Assembly (NCBI GenBank): GCA_947039525.1
Contig: CAMQZF010000001.1
Coordinates: forward strand, 185 to 64,184
From: an uncultured Photobacterium sp.
GTDB taxonomy: Bacteria > Pseudomonadota > Gammaproteobacteria > Enterobacterales > Vibrionaceae
Length of the DNA stretch: 64,000 nucleotides
Direction: 5' to 3'
The notes below the pieces were generated by a model that worked only from the letters and a program-made list of their open reading frames with translations, was not told the origin of the DNA and ran no database searches. Shown in pieces: positions 29,378 to 41,843 of this stretch. The stretch's first letter is position 1; each line of letters starts with the position of its first letter. The translations under genes were made by a program, and so were the position numbers.

Positions 29378-30901
29378 TTAGTTTTCTTGGTATTGTGTTC
29401 GGATTGGGCATGTAGAGAGAGTATGTGTTCGTCCATCAGGCAATTCTTCTTCTAATATGACATCAAATCGCCAGAGTCGATAAAGGTGCTTTAATACCTC
29501 TTTATGGCTATCTGCCAGTGGGATTCGATTATGTGGTACATAACGTAAAGTTAATGAGCGATCACCTTTTAAGTCTACATTCCAGATTTGAATATTGGGT
29601 TCATTATTACTTAAATTATATTGAGAGGATAATTTTTCTCGAATGGCCTGATAACCCTCTTCGTTATGGATTGCATCGACTTCGACGTAGTTGTGGTGAT
29701 CATCATCATCCACCGCAAATAATTTAAAATCTCGCATTACTTTTGGTGATAAGTATTGGCTAATAAAACTTTCATCTTTGAAGTTTTTCATAGCAAAGTG
29801 CAAGGTATCGAGCCAATTACTGCCTGCAATATCAGGAAACCATTCTTTGTCTTCCTCCGTTGGGTTTTCACAGATTCGACGAATATCAGTGAACATAGCA
29901 AAACCCAGAGCGTATGGATTTATTCCGCTGTAATGAGGGTGATTGTATTCTGGTTGAGCAACCACATTGGTATGACTGTGTAAAAACTCCATGATGAAAC
30001 GATCTGTTACCAAACCATCGTCATAAAGGTGATTAAGTATGGTGTAATGCCAAAATGTCGCCCATCCTTCGTTCATGACTTGTGTTTGTTTTTGCGGGTA
30101 AAAATATTGGCTTATTTTTCGTACAATTCTGACAATTTCTCTCTGCCAAGGTTCCAGTAGTGGTGCGTGTTTTTCAATGAAATACAATAGATTCTCTTGT
30201 GGCTCTTCTGGGAAACGATGTTCTTGTATTTCTTCTGTTTTTTTCGGTTGTGTTGGAATGGTACGCCATAAAGAATTAACTTGGGTCTGTAAGTAATCGG
30301 CTCGTGCTTTTTGTCGTGCAGTTTCTTCTACCAATGAGATTTTTTGAGGGCGTTTATAGCGATCAACGCCGTAATTCATTAAAGCGTGGCAAGAATCAAC
30401 CAGTTGCTCAACCTCTTCAATGCCATATTTTTCTTCACATTCTGTAATGTAACGGCGAGCGAATAATAAATAATCAATGATCGAGCTGGCATCCGTCCAT
30501 GTTTGGAATAGGTAATTTCCTTTGAAGAAAGAGTTGTGACCGTAGCATGCATGCGCAATAACAAGTGCTTGCATCGTAATGGTGTTTTCTTCCATTAAAT
30601 AGGCAATACAAGGATCAGAATTTATTACTATCTCGTAGGCCAATCCCATATGACCATGTTTATAATTCCGCTCTGTTTCAATAAAACGTTTTCCAAATGA
30701 CCAGTGATGGTAGTTAATGGGCATACCAATACTGGAATAGGCATCCATCATTTGTTCAGCGGTAATGATTTCAATCTGATTTGGGTACGTTTCTAAACGA
30801 TAATGTTTGGCAATACGCTTAATTTCTTTATGGTATGCCTCTAGTGAATCAAACGTCCAATCAGGTCCATCACTGAGAGGCTGTTGATGTGCAGTCATCA
30901 T
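29378..30901 (-). CDS. ycgB: SpoVR family protein
   Basis: HWSFGK, LAYEIVINSDPC, HACYGHNSFFK, MNEGWATFWH. Confidence 0.95.
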   Translation of the reverse strand: MMTAHQQPLSDGPDWTFDSLEAYHKEIKRIAKHYRLETYPNQIEIITAEQMMDAYSSIGMPINYHHWSFGKRFIETERNYKHGHMGLAYEIVINSDPCIAYLMEENTITMQALVIAHACYGHNSFFKGNYLFQTWTDASSIIDYLLFARRYITECEEKYGIEEVEQLVDSCHALMNYGVDRYKRPQKISLVEETARQKARADYLQTQVNSLWRTIPTQPKKTEEIQEHRFPEEPQENLLYFIEKHAPLLEPWQREIVRIVRKISQYFYPQKQTQVMNEGWATFWHYTILNHLYDDGLVTDRFIMEFLHSHTNVVAQPEYNHPHYSGINPYALGFAMFTDIRRICENPTEEDKEWFPDIAGSNWLDTLHFAMKNFKDESFISQYLSPKVMRDFKLFAVDDDDHHNYVEVDAIHNEEGYQAIREKLSSQYNLSNNEPNIQIWNVDLKGDRSLTLRYVPHNRIPLADSHKEVLKHLYRLWRFDVILEEELPDGRTHTLSTCPIRTQYQEN

Positions 30902-30929
30902 AGGCGTCGGCTCCGTGTGATGTTAGGGG

Positions 30930-32204
30930 TTAAGCGTGAGTTTGTTTTTTGAATAAGGCACGAAATACAGGGTAAATATCATCGACAGATCGAATGTTTT
31001 GCATTGCAAAACTGTCGAATTTCCCTTCTAAAGCTTCATACTCGCGCCATAATGTTTGATGTGCTCGTCGAGTGATTTCGATGTACGAGTAATAACGAGT
31101 AACGGGCAAAATATCTTTTTCCAATATTTCTCGACAGCCTGGTGAATCGTCTGCCCAGTTATCTCCATCAGAAGCTTGGGCTGCATAAATGTTCCACTCA
31201 CTTGTAGGATAACGTTGCTTAATAATGTCGTTCATCATACGAAGTGCACTGGATACAATCGTGCCACCTGTCTCTTGTGAATAGAAAAACTCATGTTCAT
31301 CCACTTCTTTTGCTTGAGTGTGATGGCGGATAAAAATGACATCTACATTTTTATAGGTTCGATTTAGAAATAGATACAATAAAATATAAAACCGTTTTGC
31401 CATGTCTTTGGTTGCCTGATCCATTGATCCGGATACGTCCATTAAGCAAAACATAACAGCTTGGCTTGTTGGTAAAGGTTTACGTTCGTAATTTTTATAA
31501 CGTAAATCGAAAGTATCAATAAAAGGCACCGCGCCGATTTTTTTCTCAAGTAATGCAATTTCTTGTTTTAAGCGATCCTCTTCTAATGGCATCGCTGGTT
31601 CGTGTGTTTGAATGTGAGACAAGGCTTGCTTTAATTCCCTGACTTGGCGACGCTTTTGAGCTGTGAGTGCGGTACGTCGAGCTAATGAGTTTTGTAGTGA
31701 TTTTACAATCGCAATATTCGCGGGTACACCTGATGCTTTATAGCCTGACCGAAAGGTTTTCCATTCAATGACTTTGTTGAATTGGTTTTTTTCTAAATTT
31801 GGTAACTCTAAATCTTCAAATAAGAGATCTAGATATTCGTCTTTGGATATTTGAAAGATGAATTCATCTTGACCTTCACCATCAGGACTCGCTTGCCCTT
31901 CACCACCACTACCACTTCCAGCGCCTCCTTGCGGACGCTCAATACGATCGCCTGGAATGAATTGGTCGTTACCAGGGTGGACAATATTGCGTTGTCCACC
32001 TCGTCCTTGGTGAAAATTAGGCTCTCTAATATCACGAGAGGGAATCGTAATATTTTCACCACTTTCTACATCGGTAATGGAACGTTTATTGACCGCATCA
32101 GCAATGGATTCTTTGATCTGTTGCTTATGACGGCGCAAAAAACGCTGACGGTTTACCGTGCTTTTGTTTTTTCCATTGAGTCTACGATCAATAAAATGCG
32201 CCAT
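30930..32204 (-). CDS. yeaH: YeaH/YhbH family (vWA-like) protein
   Basis: [24 protein letters not shown]. Confidence 0.95.
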   Translation of the reverse strand: MAHFIDRRLNGKNKSTVNRQRFLRRHKQQIKESIADAVNKRSITDVESGENITIPSRDIREPNFHQGRGGQRNIVHPGNDQFIPGDRIERPQGGAGSGSGGEGQASPDGEGQDEFIFQISKDEYLDLLFEDLELPNLEKNQFNKVIEWKTFRSGYKASGVPANIAIVKSLQNSLARRTALTAQKRRQVRELKQALSHIQTHEPAMPLEEDRLKQEIALLEKKIGAVPFIDTFDLRYKNYERKPLPTSQAVMFCLMDVSGSMDQATKDMAKRFYILLYLFLNRTYKNVDVIFIRHHTQAKEVDEHEFFYSQETGGTIVSSALRMMNDIIKQRYPTSEWNIYAAQASDGDNWADDSPGCREILEKDILPVTRYYSYIEITRRAHQTLWREYEALEGKFDSFAMQNIRSVDDIYPVFRALFKKQTHA

Positions 32205-32225
32205 AATCGACCTCTTAGCGTGAAA

Positions 32226-34160
32226 TTATGAAGATTTACGTACGCGAAGGTACCATTCAGACAACAAGCGAACCTGTTTGCGTGTATAGCCTTTTTCCAT
32301 CATGCGTGCGACAAAATCGTCGTGTTTTTTCTGCTCGTCAGTGGAGGTTTTTGCATTGAATGAAATAACAGGCAAGAGTTCTTCGGTATTGGAGAACATT
32401 TTTTTCTCAATGACTGTTCGCAGCTTTTCATAACTGGTCCAGTTTGGATTTTTTCCTGCATTACTGGCACGGGCACGGAGTACAAAATTGACGATTTCAT
32501 TTCGGAAATCTTTAGGATTACTAATACCCGCAGGTTTTTCGATTTTTTCTAACTCATTATTCAATGCTGCACGATCAAACAATTGTCCTGTTTCTGGATC
32601 GCGGTACTCTTGGTCTTGAATCCAAAAGTCAGCATAGCTGACATAACGGTCAAAAATGTTTTGTCCGTACTCGGAATAAGACTCTAAATAGGCGGTTTGA
32701 ATTTCTTTACCGATAAATTCAACGTATTTTGGAATCAAATAGCCTTTGAGATTTTCGAGGTATTTTTCTGCTTGCTCTTGTGGGAACTGTTCACGCTCAA
32801 TCTGCTGTTCCAAGACATAAAATAAATGTACAGGATTAGCGGCAACTTCGGCATGATCAAAATTAAAGACACGAGACAAAATTTTAAAAGCAAAACGGGT
32901 CGATAATCCATTCATGCCTTCATCAACACCCGCATAATCACGGTATTCTTGATAAGATTTCGCCTTGGGATCGGTATCTTTTAATGTTTCTCCATCATAA
33001 ACACGCATTTTCGAGAAAACACTCGAATTCTCAGGCTCTTTTAAACGAGAGAGTACTGTGAATCGTGCCAAAATATCTAAGGTGCTGGGTGAGCAAGGGG
33101 CATCGGAAAGCTCACTGTTTTGGAGTAACTTATTGTAGATTTTGATTTCTTCAGAAATACGCAAGCAATAGGGTACTTTGACAATATAAACACGATCTAA
33201 AAAAGCCTCGTTATTTTTATTGTTACGGAAAGTTTGCCATTCGGATTCGTTTGAGTGAGCGAGGATGATGCCATCAAAGGGTAAAGCCGATAGTCCTTCA
33301 GTTCCGTTGTAGTTGCCTTCTTGGGTAGCAGTCAATAATGGATGCAAAACCTTTAGTGGGGCTTTGAACATTTCCACAAACTCCATAACCCCTTGATTTG
33401 CTTTACACAATGCACCTGAATAACTGTAAGCATCGGGATCATCTTGAGCAAAGTGCTCTAATTGACGAATATCAACTTTACCAACTAATGATGAAATATC
33501 TTGGTTATTTTCATCGCCGGGTTCTGTTTTCGCAATACCAATTTGGTCTATGATTGATGGGCGAACTTTGATTACTTTGAATTGGCTTATGTCACCGCCC
33601 AGTTCATGCAAGCGTTTGGCAGCCCATGGGGACATGATGTTATTAAGGTAACGATCTGGGATACCATATTCTTGATTTAAAATGTTGCCGTCTTCTTCTT
33701 TATTGAATAGACAAAAGGGATGATCATTAACAGGGCTGCGTTCACCATTTACTGTCAGGATGTAAATGGGTATTTGTTGCATGAGACTTTTCAGTTTTTC
33801 GGCAATGGAGGACTTACCGCCGCCAACAGGACCTAATAAATACAGAATTTGTTTACGCTCTTCCAAACCTTGAGCGGCATGTTTTAAATAAGATACAATT
33901 TGCTCAATGGCTTCTTCCATGCCATAAAAGTTTTTAAATGTTTCATATCGAGCAATTACGCGATTAGAGAATAATCGGCTTAAATAAGGTTGTTGTGCAG
34001 TATCGATCATTTCAGGCTCACCAATAGCCATTAATAAGCGCTCTGCGGCATTGACATACGCGCTACGATCATCGCGACAGACATCTAGAAACTCTTGAAT
34101 AGTGAGTTCTTCATCTTTAGATTCTTCATAACGTTGGCGATAGTGGTCAAAAATACTCAT
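32226..34160 (-). CDS. yeaG: PrkA family AAA+ / serine kinase
   Basis: LLGPVGGGKSS, TEPGDENNQDIS, EFVEMFK. Confidence 0.96.
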   Translation of the reverse strand: MSIFDHYRQRYEESKDEELTIQEFLDVCRDDRSAYVNAAERLLMAIGEPEMIDTAQQPYLSRLFSNRVIARYETFKNFYGMEEAIEQIVSYLKHAAQGLEERKQILYLLGPVGGGKSSIAEKLKSLMQQIPIYILTVNGERSPVNDHPFCLFNKEEDGNILNQEYGIPDRYLNNIMSPWAAKRLHELGGDISQFKVIKVRPSIIDQIGIAKTEPGDENNQDISSLVGKVDIRQLEHFAQDDPDAYSYSGALCKANQGVMEFVEMFKAPLKVLHPLLTATQEGNYNGTEGLSALPFDGIILAHSNESEWQTFRNNKNNEAFLDRVYIVKVPYCLRISEEIKIYNKLLQNSELSDAPCSPSTLDILARFTVLSRLKEPENSSVFSKMRVYDGETLKDTDPKAKSYQEYRDYAGVDEGMNGLSTRFAFKILSRVFNFDHAEVAANPVHLFYVLEQQIEREQFPQEQAEKYLENLKGYLIPKYVEFIGKEIQTAYLESYSEYGQNIFDRYVSYADFWIQDQEYRDPETGQLFDRAALNNELEKIEKPAGISNPKDFRNEIVNFVLRARASNAGKNPNWTSYEKLRTVIEKKMFSNTEELLPVISFNAKTSTDEQKKHDDFVARMMEKGYTRKQVRLLSEWYLRVRKSS

Positions 34161-34513
34161 GTCGTCCCCCTAAAACAGTGTGGCTGGTGTTGATGAAGTG
34201 CAATACATCTGACTTGCCTTCCTGTTAGTATTAAGACTAGACCTAAGTACTGAAATTTGGGGCATTAACTGCTTTGTTTTTAAATAAAAATTTTTTAAAT
34301 GGGTTTTTTTTAGAGTCTTATATTTAAATGATATTTAAATCATTTAAATTTTCTGATGGGCTTTTTTTCTGATGTGATTTATTTATTATTAATTGTTTTT
34401 TTTTGCGATTTTTTTCGTGAATCTGAATTTGTTTTTTTGTGAAATTACTTATATTTTTGAGTGTATGTCTGCAATTTAATACGATTTTTACACGTTAAAA
34501 TGGGATGTAACTC

Positions 34514-34894
34514 ATGAGTATTTCACACCTTGATACGATTTCAATTCCAGTTTCCAATAAAAATCAATCATTGAAGTTTTATCAAGAGGCGGTTGGATTT
34601 GAGCTACTACGGGATCATCGAAGCAGTTTAATGGATCGTTGGATTCAATTAGCGCCGAAGGGAGCAACGACCAGTATCAGTTTAGTGACACCTTTTGCTG
34701 GAATGAAGGCGGGAGCGGTACAAGGTTTGGTTGTACAAACGGAAAATATTGTCACCACTCATCGTGATTTGAAACAACGTGGCGTGGATATTACAGAAAT
34801 TAGCCAACTTCCTCATGGGCGTTTTGCAACGTTTGTGGATCCTGATGGAAATGGCTGGGTATTGATTGAACTCGGCGGATGTATGACAGCATAG
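34514..34894 (+). CDS. VOC/glyoxalase family protein
   Basis: SIPVS...FYQEAVGF, FVDPDGNGWVL. Confidence 0.88.
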   Translation: MSISHLDTISIPVSNKNQSLKFYQEAVGFELLRDHRSSLMDRWIQLAPKGATTSISLVTPFAGMKAGAVQGLVVQTENIVTTHRDLKQRGVDITEISQLPHGRFATFVDPDGNGWVLIELGGCMTA

Positions 34895-34933
34895 AGCCAG
34901 CATGTTTCCATGCTAGCTTTTTTTTAATGATCA

Positions 34934-35812
34934 TTATTTTGCAGCGATTTCTAATGTTGTTGATAATGTATGGGATTCGTTAGGCATTAACGTAATAGCC
35001 AATCCATTCAATGCGGATTCAACACAAACCATAGTTTCAAAGCTATCGTCTGCCATATCCGCCATATTGATGCTGAGATCTTGCCAAGGATTCCAAATAA
35101 CGGCTGAATTATACCCTTGGTTCTTAACGAGTAAGCTGCGCTCATTAGCGGTATCTTTAACAGTAATGATATCGCTAGCACTGGTATAAATACGATCGAC
35201 TTCTTTATCTATAATGAGTGTACTTTTTCCAATGCACTCTAAGCCATCTTGAGTGTTATCTAAATATTCTGTACCCATTCCAGATAATTCAGTTTTGGTA
35301 ATGTCGTTAATATTTAAATAAGTGTGTAATGCGCCGCCATAAGAGAAAGCTTTAGTACTGATGTTGGTCGTTTTAAGGCTAATGGTTAGCTTTTTGCCAA
35401 ATTCAAAGGTTAAACGATTTTGAAATGAATGTGGCCATAATTCGAGAGTATCTTCAGAATCATTAAATTCTAATTCAATGACTACGCCTTTGGCGTTCTC
35501 TTTGTGATTGACTAATTGCCATTCTGATGTTCTTGCAAAGCCATGAGAGGGCACTCCAGCCTTACCAAACCAAGGCCAACATACTGGTACACCACCACGA
35601 ATGGCTTTATCTTTAGCGTACAGTGCTTCACTGCTTACCCAAATAAGATCTTCTTCATTGGTTGGTTTGAAGCTAATTAGATGACCGCCATGAAGAGAAA
35701 TAGCCCCTTGGCATAATGGGTGGTCAATGCGTACGATTTGGATATCGTTATGTTCACAAATAGAAATACTATCGGACAGTGTATTGATAGTAGTGAGATC
35801 TTGATATTTCAT
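34934..35812 (-). CDS. yeaD: D-hexose-6-phosphate mutarotase
   Basis: AIRGGVPVCWPWFG, HGFAR, ALHTY, WNPW, MVCVE; downstream of gapA. Confidence 0.92.
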   Translation of the reverse strand: MKYQDLTTINTLSDSISICEHNDIQIVRIDHPLCQGAISLHGGHLISFKPTNEEDLIWVSSEALYAKDKAIRGGVPVCWPWFGKAGVPSHGFARTSEWQLVNHKENAKGVVIELEFNDSEDTLELWPHSFQNRLTFEFGKKLTISLKTTNISTKAFSYGGALHTYLNINDITKTELSGMGTEYLDNTQDGLECIGKSTLIIDKEVDRIYTSASDIITVKDTANERSLLVKNQGYNSAVIWNPWQDLSINMADMADDSFETMVCVESALNGLAITLMPNESHTLSTTLEIAAK

Positions 35813-35941
35813 GATAATCCTTTGAATGTTTTTATTTTTAATTATTTTTCTATATTGATAGTCTGTAATAAAACGATCAAGATCAACTGACTTATTTTTT
35901 ATCTCAAAAATAGAAATCTGAGATTTGATAAAAAGAAACAA

Positions 35942-35967
35942 AAAAGGCGACCCGAAGGTCGCCTTTT
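35942..35967 (-). terminator. gapA intrinsic terminator
   Basis: AAAAGGCGACC-CGAA-GGTCGCCTTTT. Confidence 0.85.
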
Positions 35968-35983
35968 ATTCGTTTAGAATTAA

Positions 35984-36997
<1,014 letters not shown>

Positions 36998-37020
36998 TTA
37001 ATTTCTAATGAAATATAACT

Positions 37021-37036
37021 GGTCACAAAATTACAG
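37021..37036 (-). promoter_or_regulatory. possible HexR-type operator upstream of gapA
   Basis: minus strand TGTAATTTTGTGAC, partial match to TGTAAT-N3-ATTACA. Confidence 0.3.
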
Positions 37037-37364
37037 AATCTAAGCTAAAGCTGCAAGTGAAAATCGAATTTAAATTGCCAAAGGTCAAAAAAAAACGTTT
37101 TTTTTTTTACATTGTATTATCAATGGTGATTAAATAATCAAAAAGCGCTCAAAAATCGACCATTTGTCATTTTTTTTAAAATGAATGGAAAATTCTTAAT
37201 GAAAATAAAGTGTTAAAAAATATCACTGAATGATTTTAATGCGTTGTCAGTATTCCTATACGTGATGAATGTTTGTTAATTGTGTTCTTTTTGCGATGTT
37301 TTTGTGTTGATTTTGCGTAATGCGTTCATGCTAATAGTATTGAAAAAATAAGATAGGAATTGGA

Positions 37365-37781
37365 ATGAATATTCAAAAAACAGAGAAAGAGTGGCAGACG
37401 TTATTGACACAAGATGAGTTTAGAGTTTGTCGAAAAGGGGAAACGGAAGCGTCTTATTCTGGTGTCTTATTGTATAACCATATGGCGGGAAGCTACGATT
37501 GTGTATGTTGCGGTCAGGCATTATTTTCTTCTGATTCTAAATTTGAATCTGGGTGTGGTTGGCCGAGTTTTGATCATTCGATAACGTCGACAGCGATTCG
37601 TTATCTTGATGATGAGTCCTATGGAATGCGACGTACTGAAATTCGATGTGCAAATTGTGATAGCCATTTAGGGCACGTGTTTACTGATGGGCCAAAAGAG
37701 ACAACGGGTGAACGTTATTGTGTTAATTCCATTTCTTTGCAGTTTGTAGCAGATCCTTCCTCTGATTTAGGCATAAAATAA
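37365..37781 (+). CDS. msrB: methionine-R-sulfoxide reductase
   Basis: [32 protein letters not shown]. Confidence 0.97.
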   Translation: MNIQKTEKEWQTLLTQDEFRVCRKGETEASYSGVLLYNHMAGSYDCVCCGQALFSSDSKFESGCGWPSFDHSITSTAIRYLDDESYGMRRTEIRCANCDSHLGHVFTDGPKETTGERYCVNSISLQFVADPSSDLGIK

Positions 37782-37814
37782 AGGCGAATATAAGTATAAA
37801 ATAAAGGGGGTTTC

Positions 37815-38114
37815 ATGGACTTGAATGTAATTTTGAACAGTTTAACACCAGAGCTTTATGCTCGATTATTAATGGCAGTTGAAACAGGGAAATGGGGTGA
37901 TGGTCAATCATTGACACGGGAACAACACAGTCATGCACAGCAAGCTGTGATGCTGTATCAATCCCGTCATAATGAGAGTCCGAAACATATGAGTATTGGT
38001 GTTGACGGTCAAATTGTCATGGAATCAAAATCAACCTTACTTAAACAATTTGTTTCTCCCAAAGAGGGTCTTATTCCTTCCGTTCAACTTGATAGCGATT
38101 TGGATTCATTGTAA
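37815..38114 (+). CDS. yeaC: YeaC (DUF1315) family protein
   Basis: TPELYARL..AVETGKW.DG; follows msrB. Confidence 0.88.
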   Translation: MDLNVILNSLTPELYARLLMAVETGKWGDGQSLTREQHSHAQQAVMLYQSRHNESPKHMSIGVDGQIVMESKSTLLKQFVSPKEGLIPSVQLDSDLDSL

Positions 38115-38123
38115 CGGTGAATG

Positions 38124-38792
38124 TTAGGGAGCTGGAATGGTAATGGTTGTTTCTCCATAAAAAGTCTTGAGCTCATGATCTTCTTCGTCCATTAAGCTTT
38201 TAATCCATGGCTCTTTTTCGATTTGTTGTAGGTACTGATTAATTTTAGGGTAGTTATCAGTACGCAATCCAGCCATCCATCCACTACGAAAGATGCTCCA
38301 TAAACTGAACTCAGCAATGGATAAGTGGGTGGATACATAGGTATCTTCAGGAAGTTGCTGTTCTAAATATGTTAATGCTGTTGGTAAATGATGTGTGATG
38401 CATTGCTGAACGGCATCATGATCGCAAGGTTTATTGAGAATTTTATTCTGTAAAACAATCTGATAAAACAGCACGCCTGCAATGAGTGAGGTTAAGCGGG
38501 TTCCTGCGTATTCTTCAAGCCATCGAACTCTTGCTCGCTGGAGCGCATTGCCGGGATAGAGTGGGGGAATGGGGTATACGTCATCAAGATAGTGCGCGAT
38601 GACCGTTGAATCAATGATGTCGGTATGGTTATGCTCGAGTATTGGGACTTTTCCCATTGGATGGCGTTTAAGTAACACTTCTTGTTCGGTGAGGGGGTTT
38701 AGAGGCTGTAATTCATAGGCAATGCCTTTATAGGCTAAAGCGAGCCTAATTTTGCGAACAAAGGGTGAAATTGAGGTGCCATGTAAAATCAT
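38124..38792 (-). CDS. glutathione S-transferase family protein
   Basis: SPFVRKI, HPMGKVPIL, DSTVIAHYL. Confidence 0.92.
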   Translation of the reverse strand: MILHGTSISPFVRKIRLALAYKGIAYELQPLNPLTEQEVLLKRHPMGKVPILEHNHTDIIDSTVIAHYLDDVYPIPPLYPGNALQRARVRWLEEYAGTRLTSLIAGVLFYQIVLQNKILNKPCDHDAVQQCITHHLPTALTYLEQQLPEDTYVSTHLSIAEFSLWSIFRSGWMAGLRTDNYPKINQYLQQIEKEPWIKSLMDEEDHELKTFYGETTITIPAP

Positions 38793-38850
38793 CGTTGCTT
38801 CCTACTAACTACTAAGGCTTGTCCATTTTCCTAGTGTAGTAGAGAACGAG

Positions 38851-38873
38851 AAAGCTGGGAGATCCCCAGCTTT
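38851..38873 (-). terminator. intrinsic terminator after ansA
   Basis: AAAGCTGGG...CCCAGCTTT. Confidence 0.7.
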
Positions 38874-38890
38874 TATTGTTAGTTCTAATA

Positions 38891-39901
38891 TTAGTGTGTC
38901 AGTTCGCCACGTAAATCTTGTTGCATTAGGTTGCGAATTTCTTCAGTTGGGAGATCTTGGCTAAGTAAATAATGCAGTTTTGCTAAGGCAGCTTCTGGTG
39001 TCATATCGTAGCCGCTTAATACGCCTGCATCCGCCAATGCACAACCCGTAGCGTAGCCTCCCATGTTAACCTTGCCCGATAAACATTGCGTTAAATTCAT
39101 CACAATCACGCCACGACGAGTCGCTTCTTTTAATTGATCAAGAAGTTCTGGATTTTGTGGTGCATTACCAACACCAAAAGTCAGTAAAATCATCGCATTT
39201 ACAGGTTGAAGTAAGGTGTTGCGAATGACTTCAAAAGAAATCCCTGGGTACATGGTGATAACACCAATCGGTTGTGGTGTTATTGGGTGAACAGTAAACG
39301 GGCCTTGAGGTTTTTTGTTTAATTCAATGTTGTTTAGTTGAATGTTAATTCCAGCCTCAATAAGAGGGGGAAAATTGGGGGATAAGAAAGCATTAAAGCC
39401 ATCAGCATGAGCTTTCGTGCTGCGATTTCCACGTAACAGTTGATTATTAAAGAAGAGCGTTACCTCATTGATGGGGTAGTTTGCTGCAAGATGAAGTGCA
39501 TTCAGTAAATTGCTTTGACCATCAGAACGTAATTCCACTAAAGGAATCTGTGAGCCGGTAATGATGACGGGTTTATTTAAATTCTCTAGCATAAAAGAAA
39601 GCGCAGAAGCAGTATACGCCATGGTATCTGTGCCGTGCAGAATAACAAAACCATCATATTGTTCATAATTGGCTTTAATATCGTCTGCAATACGCTGCCA
39701 ATCCATTGGTGTCATGTCTGAAGAGTCGATTAAAGGTGTGTATTCATTGAAGGTAAAAAGTGGCATTTCATCTCGATGGAATTCAGGCATGCTTTTTAGT
39801 TGGGTTTCCATGAAGCCAGCAACGGGAATGTATCCATGATCCGACTTTTTCATGCCGATCGTGCCACCTGTATAAGCGATATAAATGTGTTTTCTTTCCA
39901 T
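38891..39901 (-). CDS. ansA: L-asparaginase I
   Basis: YTGGTIGM, HGTDTMAY, TGSQIP. Confidence 0.96.
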   Translation of the reverse strand: MERKHIYIAYTGGTIGMKKSDHGYIPVAGFMETQLKSMPEFHRDEMPLFTFNEYTPLIDSSDMTPMDWQRIADDIKANYEQYDGFVILHGTDTMAYTASALSFMLENLNKPVIITGSQIPLVELRSDGQSNLLNALHLAANYPINEVTLFFNNQLLRGNRSTKAHADGFNAFLSPNFPPLIEAGINIQLNNIELNKKPQGPFTVHPITPQPIGVITMYPGISFEVIRNTLLQPVNAMILLTFGVGNAPQNPELLDQLKEATRRGVIVMNLTQCLSGKVNMGGYATGCALADAGVLSGYDMTPEAALAKLHYLLSQDLPTEEIRNLMQQDLRGELTH

Positions 39902-39962
39902 TAGAGAAGTACTGCTTTAGCGAGAAGATAATCGCATTATACGAGTAAATAAGGGTAAAAGA

Positions 39963-39981
39963 AGCCCAGCATTGCTGGGCT
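39963..39981 (-). terminator. intrinsic terminator after sppA
   Basis: AGCCCAGCA-T-TGCTGGGCT with U-tract on minus strand. Confidence 0.7.
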
Positions 39982-39992
39982 ATGTCATAGTT

Positions 39993-41843
39993 TTACTGAT
40001 TGGAGCAGTTTAAACAGAAAGCATATTGACCTTTAGGGTCATTAAAATTAAGCAATGGTGCAGCATCTTGAGTCAGTGTTTTTCCAAGCGTTGTTATGGT
40101 TTCAGACTCTAATCCCAATACATTAGTGATGAGATTGTTTTTGATGTTTGCACTGAACTCTTGAAGCAGTAACTCCATTGGATGTTGAGGTAACGTTAGC
40201 CATTTTAATTGATGCGATTCTAATTTAGCCAATTGAGCGGCTTGTACGACGGCATCATCGAAATCACCTAATTGATCAATTAATCCCAGTTGTAACGCAT
40301 CTTGTCCTGTCCAAATTCGCCCTTGTCCAATGGTGTCTGCTTTTTCTAAAGACAGGTGACGATAACGGCTAACTAAGCCAATGAATCGTTGATACCCATG
40401 CTCAATACCCAATTGAAAGACATCGCTCACTTGTTCCGGTAGTTGACGAGTGACACCTAAGCCACTAAATGGTGTGGTTCCTACTCCATCTGTATGGATT
40501 CCGAGTTTTTCGAGTCCCTTTTCCAAGGTGGCAAAAACCGCAAAAATGCCAATGGATCCGGTTAATGTGGTTGGTTGAGCGATGATTTTATCTGCTGTGA
40601 CTGAGATCCAGTATCCACCAGAGGCCGCTAAGCTCGACATTGATGCCACAATGGGTTTTCCTGTTTCTTGCAATGCTTCGATTTCATTACGAATCACCTC
40701 AGAAGCAAAAGCACTGCCTCCAGGGCTGTCGACGCGTAAAATAACGGCTTTGATGTTGTCATCTAAACGTGCTTTTTTCAGCAATGTGGCAACCGTATCC
40801 CCACCCACTGTATTTGGGCGTTGAGCACCATCGATGATGGCCCCATCAGCAACTATCACCGCAATTTGATTGCCGCTGGATGATGATTCTGGTGATAGAG
40901 TGGATTTGTAATCGTAATAACCAATATGATTAAAGGTTTGAGTTTTGGTATTTTCACCAAAAAGACGGATCAATTGCTGGCGAATTTCAGGGCGTGTTGC
41001 CAATGTATCGACTAATCCCATATTTTTATTCAATTGAGCAAAGTTGCCTTGAACCGCTTTTAATTGCACTAAAAGCTCATCCATATTTGGCGTTAAAATA
41101 GTGGCGTCGATATTGCGGTTATGAGCGACATCTTGGCTATAAGCGGTCCACAATTGATTTAACCACTGGGTATTGGCTTGCTTTGCTTCTTCCGACATTT
41201 GATTTTGTAAGTAAGGTTCGACCGCCGACTTATAGGTCCCGACTCGGAAAACATGGGTATTTACATCTAAATTTTTTAATAATGACTGGTAATACAGGCT
41301 GTAAGCGCCGTAACCCGTCAGTAATAAAGCGCCGTCGGGTGACATGAAAACTTTATCTGCGTAACTGGCCAAATAATATTGACTCTGACTGTAGCGATCA
41401 CCGACAGCATAAACAGGCTTATCTGTGGCTTTGAATTCGTTAATGGCTTTGGCGATGTAGCGCAGTTTAGTCAGATTGGTTTCTTTCATGTCGTCTAACT
41501 TCAGGACTAATCCTGAAACTTGTGGATCAGTGGCTGCATGACGAATGGTTTTTACAATATCAAATAATACATTTTGGCGAATCGGCGGTTGCCTTAATGC
41601 GCTGCTTGTCACATCTTCTAACGGATTAATTGGCGACTTTTGTTCTACAATTGGGCCGTTGAGATCCAATAGTAATGCGCTTTTTTCTTGCAATAAGGGA
41701 CGCTCATCGCGTTCTAAAAACGCCAAAGCAATCACACCAAAAATCCCTAAAAAAATAAAATTTAAAATAAACTGGCGAAGAAAGCTGATCAGTCGCCAAA
41801 CGCTGCGGATTAGTGCACCAATAATGGTGAATATTCTTTTCAT
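39993..41843 (-). CDS. sppA: signal peptide peptidase (protease IV)
   Basis: VGTYKSAVEP, RVDSPGGS, AASGGYW, TGSIG. Confidence 0.96.
   Translation of the reverse strand: MKRIFTIIGALIRSVWRLISFLRQFILNFIFLGIFGVIALAFLERDERPLLQEKSALLLDLNGPIVEQKSPINPLEDVTSSALRQPPIRQNVLFDIVKTIRHAATDPQVSGLVLKLDDMKETNLTKLRYIAKAINEFKATDKPVYAVGDRYSQSQYYLASYADKVFMSPDGALLLTGYGAYSLYYQSLLKNLDVNTHVFRVGTYKSAVEPYLQNQMSEEAKQANTQWLNQLWTAYSQDVAHNRNIDATILTPNMDELLVQLKAVQGNFAQLNKNMGLVDTLATRPEIRQQLIRLFGENTKTQTFNHIGYYDYKSTLSPESSSSGNQIAVIVADGAIIDGAQRPNTVGGDTVATLLKKARLDDNIKAVILRVDSPGGSAFASEVIRNEIEALQETGKPIVASMSSLAASGGYWISVTADKIIAQPTTLTGSIGIFAVFATLEKGLEKLGIHTDGVGTTPFSGLGVTRQLPEQVSDVFQLGIEHGYQRFIGLVSRYRHLSLEKADTIGQGRIWTGQDALQLGLIDQLGDFDDAVVQAAQLAKLESHQLKWLTLPQHPMELLLQEFSANIKNNLITNVLGLESETITTLGKTLTQDAAPLLNFNDPKGQYAFCLNCSNQ

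Noticed and set aside
34257-34272. Possible sigma54 promoter TTGGGGCATTAACTGC
   Set aside because: Only the GG-N10-GC spacing fits; poor match to TGGCAC...TTGC.
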